Assembly (NCBI GenBank): GCA_030324005.1
Contig: JARDVH010000106.1
Location: 54,426,341 to 54,490,340, forward strand
Source: Negaprion brevirostris
Lineage: Eukaryota
Direction of reading: 5' to 3'
Length of the DNA: 64,000 nt
The notes under the pieces are model-generated. The model saw only the letters and a list, made by a program, of their open reading frames with translations, did not search any database and was not told where the DNA came from. Positions 53,684-64,000 of this stretch are shown one piece after another (position 1 is the stretch's first letter; every line of letters starts with the position of its first letter). The translations under genes were made by a program, and so were the position numbers.

Positions 53684-54317
53684 ACTTTACAGCTCTTTGC
53701 ATTAAATTTCACTTGTAAAATGAAGCTCTGTCCCCTGACTTGATATTTCTTTTCTGTGATTTCTAAATCTACTGTCCCTCCTGGTTTGGTATGACCTGCA
53801 CAATTTGAGCTCTGTGTACAGAGTTTACAAATTCATATCATTTTTGTAAATTAGCAACAGTAGGAGCGACCAATGGATAGTTTGCAGTTCCTAAAAATTG
53901 AATAAATCAGATTATTTAAATCGGTGTATTTACACAGTTCCAGAAAAAATTGAGCCTGAATAAAAATTGAATGAATGTATCAGATNNNNNNNNNNNNNNN
54001 NNNNNNNNNNNNNNNNNNNNNNNNNNNNNNNNNNNNNNNNNNNNNNNNNNNNNNNNNNNNNNNNNNNNNNNNNNNNNNNNNNNNNTGTTGGGAATTCATC
54101 CAAAATCCAGTCATTGCATGGCCCCCTTTGAACTCATTCAAGGAGATTAATTTTAGCGCATGTTTAAAAATAATAATCCTACTTTGAAGAGAAACACATC
54201 ATACGGGTTTAAGAATAATTATCTAAACTATCATGAAATTTAATTTCCTCATAATTCTTTCTCTGAACCAAGTAATATTCCAATATGAGTTTGCTGCATC
54301 TATATTTGTTCTTTTAG

Positions 54318-54568
54318 GATCTCCATACAGAGATAAAATCACAATCGCTATCCTGCAGCTCCAGGAGGAAGGAAAACTCCACATGATGAAAGAGAAATGG
54401 TGGCGTGGAAACGGCTGCCCGGAAGAGGATAACAAAGAAGCAAGTGCCCTCGGTGTTGAAAACATTGGAGGAATCTTTATCGTGCTTGCTGCTGGGCTGG
54501 TTCTCTCGGTCTTTGTTGCCATTGGTGAATTTGTATACAAGTCCAGAAGAAACAGTGATGTTGAACAG
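54318..54568 (+). CDS. GRIK1: GRIK1 S2/M4 exon: (G)[83 protein letters not shown]
   Basis: Acceptor ttttag, donor CAG|gtatgt; 251 bp; ends in phase 0 at the known C-terminal alternative-splicing junction (..DVEQ). Confidence 0.97.
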
Positions 54569-57500
54569 GTATGTCGGTGTGTTTTTGAAGGTAACAGTGT
54601 AAACGGTGCAATTAAGCATGACTGCCATGGGGTCTGTTAATAAACAAAATCAAATTTAAACTCAATGCAAGATACAGATTTGGCCACAGCCGTTGAGTAA
54701 CTTTCTAAAATATATAAATATACAGCAGAAAGAACTGGAACTAGAAAGTAACCACGTAACATGGCGAACTAATTGGCCCAGCTAGAAGATCTTAGAATGC
54801 AGAATTGAAGAGTGCTGCAACTTGACATTTTGCCTGCAAATCTATTCATGGGGCAAAACCCATTCACAGGTCAGATATGAAAAAGAGTTTGCATATCAGT
54901 GAAGTTGAGTTAAATTAATGTGTCTTAACTTATAATGGTGGTTCAAATTGGCCTCCTGTGCCAGATTAGTAGACAGTAGTTTGGTTTGCAAACGCATAGA
55001 TATGTTGTGAGGTGGAATTTAGAATGAGAAGTTTCATTTTACTGTACAGTACTTAATATGGTATCTTTATATAAAATGCAGTGATGTCTTGGGTTAGTAG
55101 CAGGACTTTGTGAAGCTAGGCTGCTCTAAAATAGTTTCTATTCAGTGAGAGGAAAGAAATAAGTTTCAACAATCTCACTTTTTGTGGGAAACAGTTGAAA
55201 AAAACCACTGTTGAATATTTTTTAAGTTTAAACTATTTTGAGCCTTTTAAATAATAACCAGAGTACAGGATTTATTTTTACACTTTTCCTTAAGTAAATA
55301 TTCATTAATCACAGGACTTGGCTGTTTGTTGTTAACAATCACTGAAGCCTCGACTAGAGGGCAGCAATGCTGACCGCAAATGATACTGTAGGTTGGTGGT
55401 GTATAAGTCAACCCAGCGTTTAAGTGCCAAAATGCACATTTAGGCCCCTACTTAGCGCATAGATTTACCCTCCACCCGAGCAACATTCCTCAGCTAATCA
55501 ATGCATGATTAAAGCTATACTTATAATAGGAGTTGGCTTCAATTTTGCAGCTCAGATGTATGTTTAAGATTACAGTCATCCTGTAAGCCAATGTATGAGA
55601 TTATGCAGGTGATGTGGTCATGTTGCCAAGAAGCTACTCAAGAATTTATAACATGCCCACAAAGAGCAGATATTGCAGGTCAGTTGATGATCAGAAATGG
55701 GTCTTCCTGCACCAACACTGCAGTTCACACTTTATGCTCAGCATATAAGTCGACCCCTTTTTTTGGAAGGATTCTTCAGTTATCTTAAGTTCAACTTATA
55801 CATTGCAATCTATGGTAACAAAACTCTGCTTTTGACAGCATTTTCTTTGATTTTGTTAACATTATAATAATATTTTTCTTTGAAAATTAGGGAACAGTAC
55901 TGTCAGAAGACAAGATTCTCTTCTATACGCACTGTCACAATTGATGTTTTTCATCATTTATCCCTATGAAACGTACATGGCCCTTAAAAGAGATGTTTAA
56001 AAGGACTCGAGGTAACCGGTTTGGGGCTCTGCGTACTGTTACCTGCACAGATCCTGGAAATGGGTCTTTTTTCTACTTTAAAACGTACACCTTCTCATAT
56101 ATTGCAGTATTTTTATTGGTTTGCCTTGACTCCAGAAAATAAATGTGTGTGTTCTGTCTATTGTTCACATCTCTCTTTCTTTCTGTCTCATTCACTCACT
56201 CTCTCTCTTTCTGTCTCTGTCTGTCTCACTCCCACCCTGCTCTTTCTCTTACTTACAACTCCAACTTTTTCAACAGGCTTAGCAGAATGGAGAAATGCTT
56301 TTCTTTATGATCCAGAATATGCAGTAAATTAAATGTTAATGGTCTGCACCAAATTGTAATTTTGAATTGTATGGAGAGCAGTGTTCCAAACCACTGTCAT
56401 GTTCTCAAATGATCAAATGAGTAGAATGTTAGCGTCTTTACGATCAGTTAGAAATTCTGCCCAATAGAATATTTATGTATTGCATACATTGTATGTTGCA
56501 ATGCAATTCTAGCAACACATTAACTGCAAATGACGTGAAGCAAAATTTTTCAACTTTTATTTTAAAATCTGGAAGTTCCCAGGCAGTTCTTTCGACCAAC
56601 CCTATTATTGGTAACACAAAATATCCCCAACAATTAGCAGGGCATTGCACTGCCCCAATTTGATGGTAGCAAAGATTGGTGGTCTAACTTAGTGTTGCCA
56701 ACTCGCAATGTGACTGCAGCTAAACATCAGGTTCACCTTTATCAATGTGCAGTGGCACTATGGCTGATGGCAGTGCTCTTTAATGGGGATTCTCAGCAGG
56801 GAGTTGCTGTGATGCCATCAGGTTCTCCAAGCTGCCAATCACATATAAAGGATTTTCACAGAGCCTGCAACAAGAAACTAAAAACTGCAAAATAAAACCT
56901 CTTTAAAAAGTGCTTACATCGAGCAAGTTAAAGTTTGGGATTTAGAATTCATGCAAAAAATTGATTTTAAATTCATTTTAAAAATCAGCTTAAAAATCTA
57001 CTGATTAATTATGTAACAGCATTCCACAATCATTATTTTTTCAGCACCATTTGTTTTTTTCATTAAAAATTATTAATCGCATTGCCCCAAAACGGTTACA
57101 CCTGATTGAAGAAGATGTAACTATTTAAGGAGTTTCAAATGGTGCTGTGAGAATGGGGAAGTTGAAATTCCCTTTATTTCAGTGATACCTGGCTCTGACA
57201 CAAAACAGCTTGTGTCAAACTGTTTGATTGTCTGACTACAATTTCAAGTTGTCATGCTAACCTGCGTAAGTCTCACATCCTGAGGACAAATGATGACAAA
57301 CACTAATGGTTCAACATCAACACTCACCCTGTCCCTGCAAGCTCCAGCCCCTGGTACTCTACAAGGCCAAATTACCATTTCCAAACCCTTTCAGCATCAT
57401 CTAAATGTTAGTACATTGAACGCAAACTATTGTATTTCATTTCCATTATGGGTTTTACTTTCAGAACTGTAGCTTTGAATAGTGCATTCTAATTGAATTA

Positions 57501-57696
57501 TTTTAAAGTGACATTTCTGCAGTATATGGCACTTAGCATGATCACCTGCTTCAATAAAGTGTGTTCATTTACTTCAGTTTTGAGTTAAAGCCACTCATAC
57601 CTTTTGCCTTTGCTGTTTAATTTTCTGTACTTTTGTCATTTTCTTTGCGATTTCTTGTGATTAAAGATATTTCTACAATTTTTTATTGCATGCAAG

Positions 57697-57846
57697 GCCT
57701 TTTGTTTCTTTTATGGATCACAATGTAAGCAAACTCATCCATCCTACTCTACATCTGGAACCACCATTTCCACAGAGTTAGAATGTGGCAAACTAATCCG
57801 GGAGGAGAGGCGATTGCGAACCCAGTCCTCCATCCACACTGTTTAG
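57697..57846 (+). CDS. GRIK1: GRIK1 alternative terminal exon, GluK1d-like: AFCFFYGSQCKQTHPSYSTSGTTISTELECGKLIREERRLRTQSSIHTV*
   Basis: Long T-rich tract, acceptor tgcaag (57695-96), 49 open codons in phase 0 then TAG. Closely matches the recalled human GluK1d tail (AFCFFYGLQCKQTHPTNSTSGTTLSTDLECGKLIREERGIRKQSSVHTV). Not in the ORF track. Confidence 0.92.
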   Translation, partial: AFCFFYGSQCKQTHPSYSTSGTTISTELECGKLIREERRLRTQSSIHTV

Positions 57847-57955
57847 ACAAAGCCGTGAAAGGTTTGTGCATAATGTACTTAAGGTGTTAAAAGGCAGTCG
57901 TGCACATTGTCTTTCAAGGAGTAATATAAAGGGACATCATTGACAAAACAGCTGC

Positions 57956-57961
57956 ATTAAA
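57956..57961 (+). terminator. Possible ATTAAA polyadenylation signal after the GluK1d-like exon
   Basis: Variant hexamer 110 nt after the stop; such hexamers are common by chance in AT-rich DNA. Confidence 0.25.
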
Positions 57962-59721
57962 TAAGTTGGAGTTGATATCCTTAAAGGATTTACTTTAGCA
58001 TTCAAATTAAGCCTCCTAAGATAGTTTGCTCCAACTTTAGAGTAGGACATCATGACAACCCTGATTTATTCTTAATCTGCAGTTAATATGAATTGGGATA
58101 ATTGCATTTTAACCAAAAGTAGTCAACTTAACATATTTCAACTTTTTTTTTGCAAACAGGTAGATGGAGAAGTAAACATAAATTGAAATAATCATCGATT
58201 CAAAGTGCACTCAGTATGTACCCAAGGAGACAATTTGGTCCATCCATTCCATCTTGGCTCTCTGCAGAGCAAACTAGTCAGCTCCATTCCCCCAATCTAT
58301 TCCCATAGCCTGGCAAGTTTATTTCGCTCAAGTGCCAGTGGGCACGACCACCATTTCCGCATAGTTTCTGCTGATCTTCCACTGTAATTACAGAGGTTGA
58401 TGAGGTGAACTCTTGAGGAAATTTCCAGCAAACATGTCTAACAAGTTGCCACTTTACCCCACATGCAATAACCAACTGCAACAAGTTAACACTGCATGTC
58501 CCATTTAATCAGTACTAGTAGCTTTGACAGGGGTACGTTTGAAATGGTTTTTCTTTATACTTTTCATAGTGTTGCTAATATTCCCTGAGCTACTGGCAAT
58601 ACAATATCAGTTAATCTGATGGGAGTTTGAATGGATGGCATAAGTATATACGAACTACAGTCAAAACTACTTGTTGGTTTGCAGTTATTTTCATAATTCT
58701 CTTTCCTTAATCATGAATGATGATGATGACAACATATAACCAGCACATTTCAGTGGAAACTCTCAGCAAATGTGGCCCTTCAAAAACAGAGTGTATCTCT
58801 TTCTTACATAATCATCTTCTGAATTGACGCAAGCTCCGCATAATCTTTTCTTATTGATTTTTCTGCATTTGTTACCTGTCACATTTGTATGAATGTCAGT
58901 GCGAGAAATGAGAATCTCTGTTCCACAGCTCGACAGTTTTCATTATATTGTGCAAAAAAAAAGAGTTGATCCAGACAATTGTTCATTGTGCCCAGATGCA
59001 AGCATGATGTTAAGAACAAGGAGATATCATTCAAAAAGTAATAACATTTTGGAAAAAGGGCAGGCCAGTACAGCATAAATATCAGCACAGTGTTCAAGGG
59101 ATAATTTAGTGTGATTCTGGAAAAAAGAAAAGTAAGCGAGATTGACCTATCTAAAATGGTAGTCTACATCAGGGCTAATTATTCTTTCCTGTTCCTAACA
59201 ATTCTTAAGTTTTTGATTTTTAATTTATATCAAATTCTGGATTTAAAAGATGCAAAAAAAAAGATGGAAGGCTTTATCTGTCATTCAGTGCTATCAATCA
59301 GCCAGTATTTTCAGTGTCTGACACTTGATTACAATTTTGTATCACGTGATTTTTAGATCAAAATACTAGCTTAAGTAGTAATGCTTGAAAGGCTAAAGAA
59401 CTCCAAGACAAGATTTTTTCCCAAATGACTTCAATCCATCAAGTGCATAGAATAATACCATTTTATCCTCTTTTTACCACCATCGTTCTGATGGGAAAAA
59501 TGTTGGGTACACAAGAGAATAATCTGCATTTGAAGTGGGACATCGATGTCTAATTGTCTTTGAGTTGAAATTCCTGACCCCTTAAGAATACAAATGCTAA
59601 AATGCTTCGCTGATCTCTATGTCTGTCCATTTAGGTTATCAATAGTTCACTGTGAAACTTAAAAGGTAATAGTGCATTCATCAGAGTCACATCAAAATTT
59701 TCACACTTTGATGGGAATCGT

Positions 59722-59850
59722 AGCCGGTATTCTCCAGTCTCATATTCACTACTGCTGGTGAGAATGGAGAATTTGGGCCTTAGCCAAATCTCTGTTCATT
59801 GCAGCAGGATTGGAAAATCCCAATGCGTGCGAGGTTGGAGAATTTCAGCC
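59722..59850. mobile_element. MITE-like element (129 bp)
   Basis: agccggtattctccagtctc ... gaggttggagaatttcagcc; flanks cgt/agt. Confidence 0.6.
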
Positions 59851-59984
59851 AGTATTAATCTCAAGTGACAAAGTATCAGCACCTCAACACTGGAGAGTTT
59901 CCATGACTCGGGAGCACAGTGATGACCTTTACCAGAGTTTCCACCAGAGAGTTTGACAAAAATCAACAATGTTAATTCTAGAAG

Positions 59985-60290
59985 AGCTAGGTTGATTGTG
60001 GACAAGTCCCCAGGACCGGATGGAATGCATCCAAGGCTTCTGAAAGAAATGGCGGAGGTGATAGTGGATGCCTTGGTGGTTATTTTCCAAACGTCGCTGG
60101 ATTCCGGGGAAGTGNNNNNNNNNNNNNNNNNNNNNNNNNNNNNNNNNNNNNNNNNNNNNNNNNNNNNNNNNNNNNNNNNNNNNNNNNNNNNNNNNNNNNN
60201 NNNNNNNNNNNNNNCATGATCTTATTGAATGGCGGGGCAGGCTCGAAGGGCTAGATGGCCTACTCCTGTTCCTATTTCTTATGTTCTTAT
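59985..60290 (+). mobile_element. CR1-type LINE, collapsed across a gap
   Basis: DKSPGPDGMHPRLLKEMAE before the gap; 3' tail after the gap nearly identical to 43938-44010. Confidence 0.9.
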
Positions 60291-61410
60291 TTCTAATTGA
60301 ACAGTTGCAACCCATTGTACAAGCAGACAAACAAGGTTCCATAGAAGAATAGAAGTGATCCTAGATTTTCAATGTATTGCCTTCAAAACTGAATAGTGAG
60401 GGAGTTGGTTAGTGCAGTCCTGACACTGCTGAAATAGAAGGGAGAAGTTTCAGTTCAAAGCTGAACAAATTTCAATATTAACAGATCTGAGGAAATCCAG
60501 TGTGTTCAATTATAAAGCGACAAAATCCCCCAACACAGATATTCACACAAAAAAAAATGCAAGTTTTCTATTTAAATCAGCCTCTTTCATGACCTTAAAA
60601 CATTCAAAAGCACTTTATGGCCAATTACATACTTCTGAAATGTAATCGCTGTAGTAACGGTAGCTTCAGGTAGATAGGGAAGGGATGACCTTGAAGTCTA
60701 CTCCAAAAATTAAATTCAAAGCTATTTAAACCATTCATATAAGATAAACCAAAAATGGCTGAATCAAACTGATTCGGAAGATTATATTCACAGAATAGAT
60801 TTATTCTACAGTGTGCCTCAACAAGATGTGACTCTTTCTCCATACTGCAATCTAGAAGCCATGGAAAGATATTAGTTCATGAGGATTGTTTTAGGAGTCA
60901 GTTCCAGTGATTGTTTGGGCAGAAAATATTTAAGTATGATAGACATTAAACTGTAAGATAAAATGCCTGCTTATGAGATTTCATGTATCAACATATCACA
61001 ACGCAGCAGTGTTAATCTGTTAAACTGTAGGTTGCATGCACCTCAGCTACTCAAATTCATCAGCGTGTACAATGTCATCAGATCCGGTAAGGTTTCAAGA
61101 TTAAGAGGAAACTTAATTCTGCCCATTGGCCAGAGCAGTACTCAGCTGAAGCATCAGTCATCAATGGGATACATTTTAGATCATGGCTCCAAGGTATATA
61201 GGGATGTTTAATGTAAATTTTGAAATGAAATTTTTACTCTCTACAGGCAAAGGAACTAAAGTCAGGGCTTCTTGGATGATTTAGGAGATAGAGTTTATAA
61301 TGGAACAAAAACAAAAGAGGTCGCATAATGCATTTCAGGTGAATTCTAGCTAGAATCAGGCCGAGACAATAGGTTGAAACGGGAAGTGAAGAGAAAAATA
61401 TGACCAGTCT

Positions 61411-61947
61411 CTCAGCACTTGGGACACAGGTTCATTTCCGGCCTCAGTTGACTGAGTCTGTGGAGTTTGCATGCTCTCCCCATGTCTGCGTGGATTTCAT
61501 AGAATCACAGAAACCCTTCAGTGCAGAGGGAGGCCATTCAGCCCATCAAGTCTGCACCGTTAACAATCCACCCAGGCACTATCCCTGTAGCCCCACATGT
61601 TTACCCTGCTATTCCCCCAACACTAAGGGGCAATTTAGCATGATCAATCAACCTAACCCACACACCTTTGGAGTGTGGGAACAGCCGGATGAAACACATG
61701 CAGACATGAGGAGAATGTGTAAACTCCACACAGACAGTGACCCAAGCCCAGGAATTGAACCCGGGTCCCTGGCACTGTGTTGTCCGTTTCCTTCATGTAC
61801 TCCAGTTTCTTCCCACACCCCAAAGGTGTGCAGGTTAAGTTGATTGGTCATGCTAAATTGCCCCTTACTGTCAGGGGAATAGCAGGGTAAATACATGGGG
61901 TTACAAGGATAATGCCTGGGTGGGATTGTTGTAGGGATTCTATGATT
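61411..61947. mobile_element. Plus-strand HE1/V-SINE containing an inverted copy (61498-61780)
   Basis: The outer SINE is split within its V domain by an antisense copy. Confidence 0.85.
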
Positions 61948-62039
61948 TTATGAAAAAGGAAATATGGGAAAACAATAGAAGCCATAAATCTTCTAACAGC
62001 ATGATTGTAAAAGGTTATTAAGGGAGGGATATTTATTTA

Positions 62040-63590
62040 GAGGCACAGAGCAATGCTAGAATATTTATGAGTACTTTATATCAGTGTTTATTAAGGAAGA
62101 GAATGCTGACAAAACATTAGAAGCAGAGATGTGGTGGAGATAATGGATGGGATAAAAATTGACAGAAACTTTATTCTGAAAATGCTGGCTATGTTTGAGA
62201 GAATATGTTGCCTAGTCCAGATAGTTTGCATCCCAGGATACTAAAGAAAATGGGGGCGGAGATAACATAAGGACTGGCCATGATTTTCCATTCTTGCTGA
62301 GATACAGAGTAGTGCCAGCGGATTAGGGATTGGCTAATGTTCAAGAAAGGGTTAAAGGACATTCCTCATAACTACAGGCCAGTTAGCTTAATATTACTGG
62401 TGGGTAAGGTTTAGCAACACTAATCAGAAAAAATTAACAAGTACTTGGAGAGGTTTGAGTTAATCCAGGCAAGACAGCACGGATGCAGTGGATAAATCTA
62501 TATGGATTTTAGAAAACAATTATAAAACATCACAAACAGGCTGGTTCACAAAATTGAAGCTTAAGATATAGGAGGGTCAGTGTCAACTTGGATAAAAATT
62601 TGGCTTAATGACATAAAACAGCGAGGTAAATGATTGATTTTCAGCTGGATGATAGTAGACAGTGGTGTCCTCCATAAGTCAGTGCTAGGACCACTGTTTT
62701 TTTGATGTATAATAAATGTCTTGGACATTGGAATACAGCGTAAAATTTCAAAGCTTGCTGATGATATCCAACTTGTAGGTGTGACAAGCTTTAAGGATGA
62801 TACCAATTGATTCAACAGGACATAGATAGGCTGGTAAAATGGGCAGCTAAGTGGCAGTTGAAATTTAGTAGAGAGAAGTGTCAGATGATGCAAGTTGGCA
62901 AAAGGAATGGAGAAAGGCATTTTGTATTTAGTGGCATATTTATAGTATGTAGAGATAGAAGAGCTTTGGAGCTCATGTGCATTGTTCTTAGTGGTGGGCA
63001 GGAGAGTCGTTATCTAAACATATGGGATCATAATAAATAGAAGTATTGAAAACAAAAGTAGGGAATCTGTGCTGAACCTTTCTGAAGCTCTGCTCAGGCA
63101 TAATTGATGTGTTGCTTCCAATTCTACTCACCACAATTTAGAAAATACATGGAGGCTGCAAAGGAAATTTACCAGAATGGCTCCAAGGATGGGAGAAATT
63201 AATTAAAAGCTTAGTTTAAAGAAGCTGGTGGCATAGGAGATTGAGAGGAGATTTGATAGCAGTGTAGAAGATGATAATGAGGTTAGATAAGGTAGAAAAA
63301 TAAAAGGAGTTCTCACTAGCTGCTGGTATGAGGTAAGAGGAAACCAGTTCAAGATTTTAGCAAAAATGGGAGAATGGAAGGAAAACCTTTTCATGCAACA
63401 AATGGCAATGATGTGGAATTCGCTGCCTATGAGGGTGGAAGTGGAGGTGATGAATGATTTCAAAAGGGAATTGGATAGTCACGAGGGAAATAACCTTGCA
63501 GGACTACATGGATAGTGGGGGCTGGGACTGATTGGTTTACTTTTCATGACATGGACTTAATCGGCCAAATGACCTCCTGCTGTGCTATAA
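62040..63590 (+). mobile_element. Decayed CR1-type LINE
   Basis: NYRPVSL, SKLADDI, LVKWAAKWQLKFSREKC and tail ggccaaatgacctcctgctgtgct. Confidence 0.85.
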
Positions 63591-64000
63591 TAACTGGCAT
63601 ATTTTATGGATGGTTTCAATGGTAAGTAGTGACTCTAAATATAAAAGCTGATTGGATTTACTTATGCAAACTGGACATCTTTCAGCATGTTAAAAATAAA
63701 ATAATTTATATATATTTCAAGGGCAGCAAAAGTCCATCAAGTTCATATGTTATCAGCCCATCACTAACAAATTTACTGCCATATAACACCTCACTGTGCT
63801 ACCTCCTTTCTGACTGGAGGAAAGCAGCTTTTGCACAGGTCAACTGCAGNNNNNNNNNNNNNNNNNNNNNNNNNNNNNNNNNNNNNNNNNNNNNNNNNNN
63901 NNNNNNNNNNNNNNNNNNNNNNNNNNNNNNNNNNNNNNNNNNNNNNNNNTCTCACAATCCAAAATGCTCAGATTATTTCCCCAATTGAGATTGGATTCAG

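Noticed and set aside
61247-61320. Good acceptor (ctctctacag) as a possible GluK1c-type cassette exon
   Set aside because: Phase-0 reading gives AKELKSGLLG then a stop; the faint resemblance to the GluK1c insert is in another frame behind a stop codon.
57847-64000. Search for the GluK1b/c terminal exon (CLSFNAIMEELG...)
   Set aside because: Not recognised in the window; presumably downstream.

Overview
Eukaryotic, intron-rich vertebrate DNA from a draft assembly with many N-gaps. The repeat content (HE1/V-SINE tRNA-derived SINEs with CR1-type tails, CR1 and L2 LINEs, Deu-domain SINEs) points to a cartilaginous fish, most likely a shark. The window holds the 3' half of the kainate receptor gene GRIK1 (GluK1/GluR5) on the + strand. 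Five internal coding exons (3090-3313, 21400-21518, 26107-26324, 45229-45454, 54318-54568) have canonical AG/GT ends and splice in frame, covering S1-M1, M2, M3-S2, S2 and S2-M4. A terminal exon at 57697-57846 closely matches the C-terminus of the GluK1d isoform, usually described as human-specific. The strongest non-coding signal is a multi-helix long-range RNA duplex between the M2 (Q/R) exon plus proximal intron (21486-21624) and an intronic segment about 1.5-1.75 kb downstream (23061-23282): an ADAR editing-complementary sequence (ECS). The Q/R codon is CAA rather than the mammalian CAG. The rest is intron filled with decayed Gypsy LTR elements, LINEs, SINEs, PIF/Harbinger-type MITEs and several hairpins. 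Almost all ORFs in the supplied track are spurious or repeat-derived. All family assignments come from recalled motifs, not database searches, and repeat boundaries are approximate.
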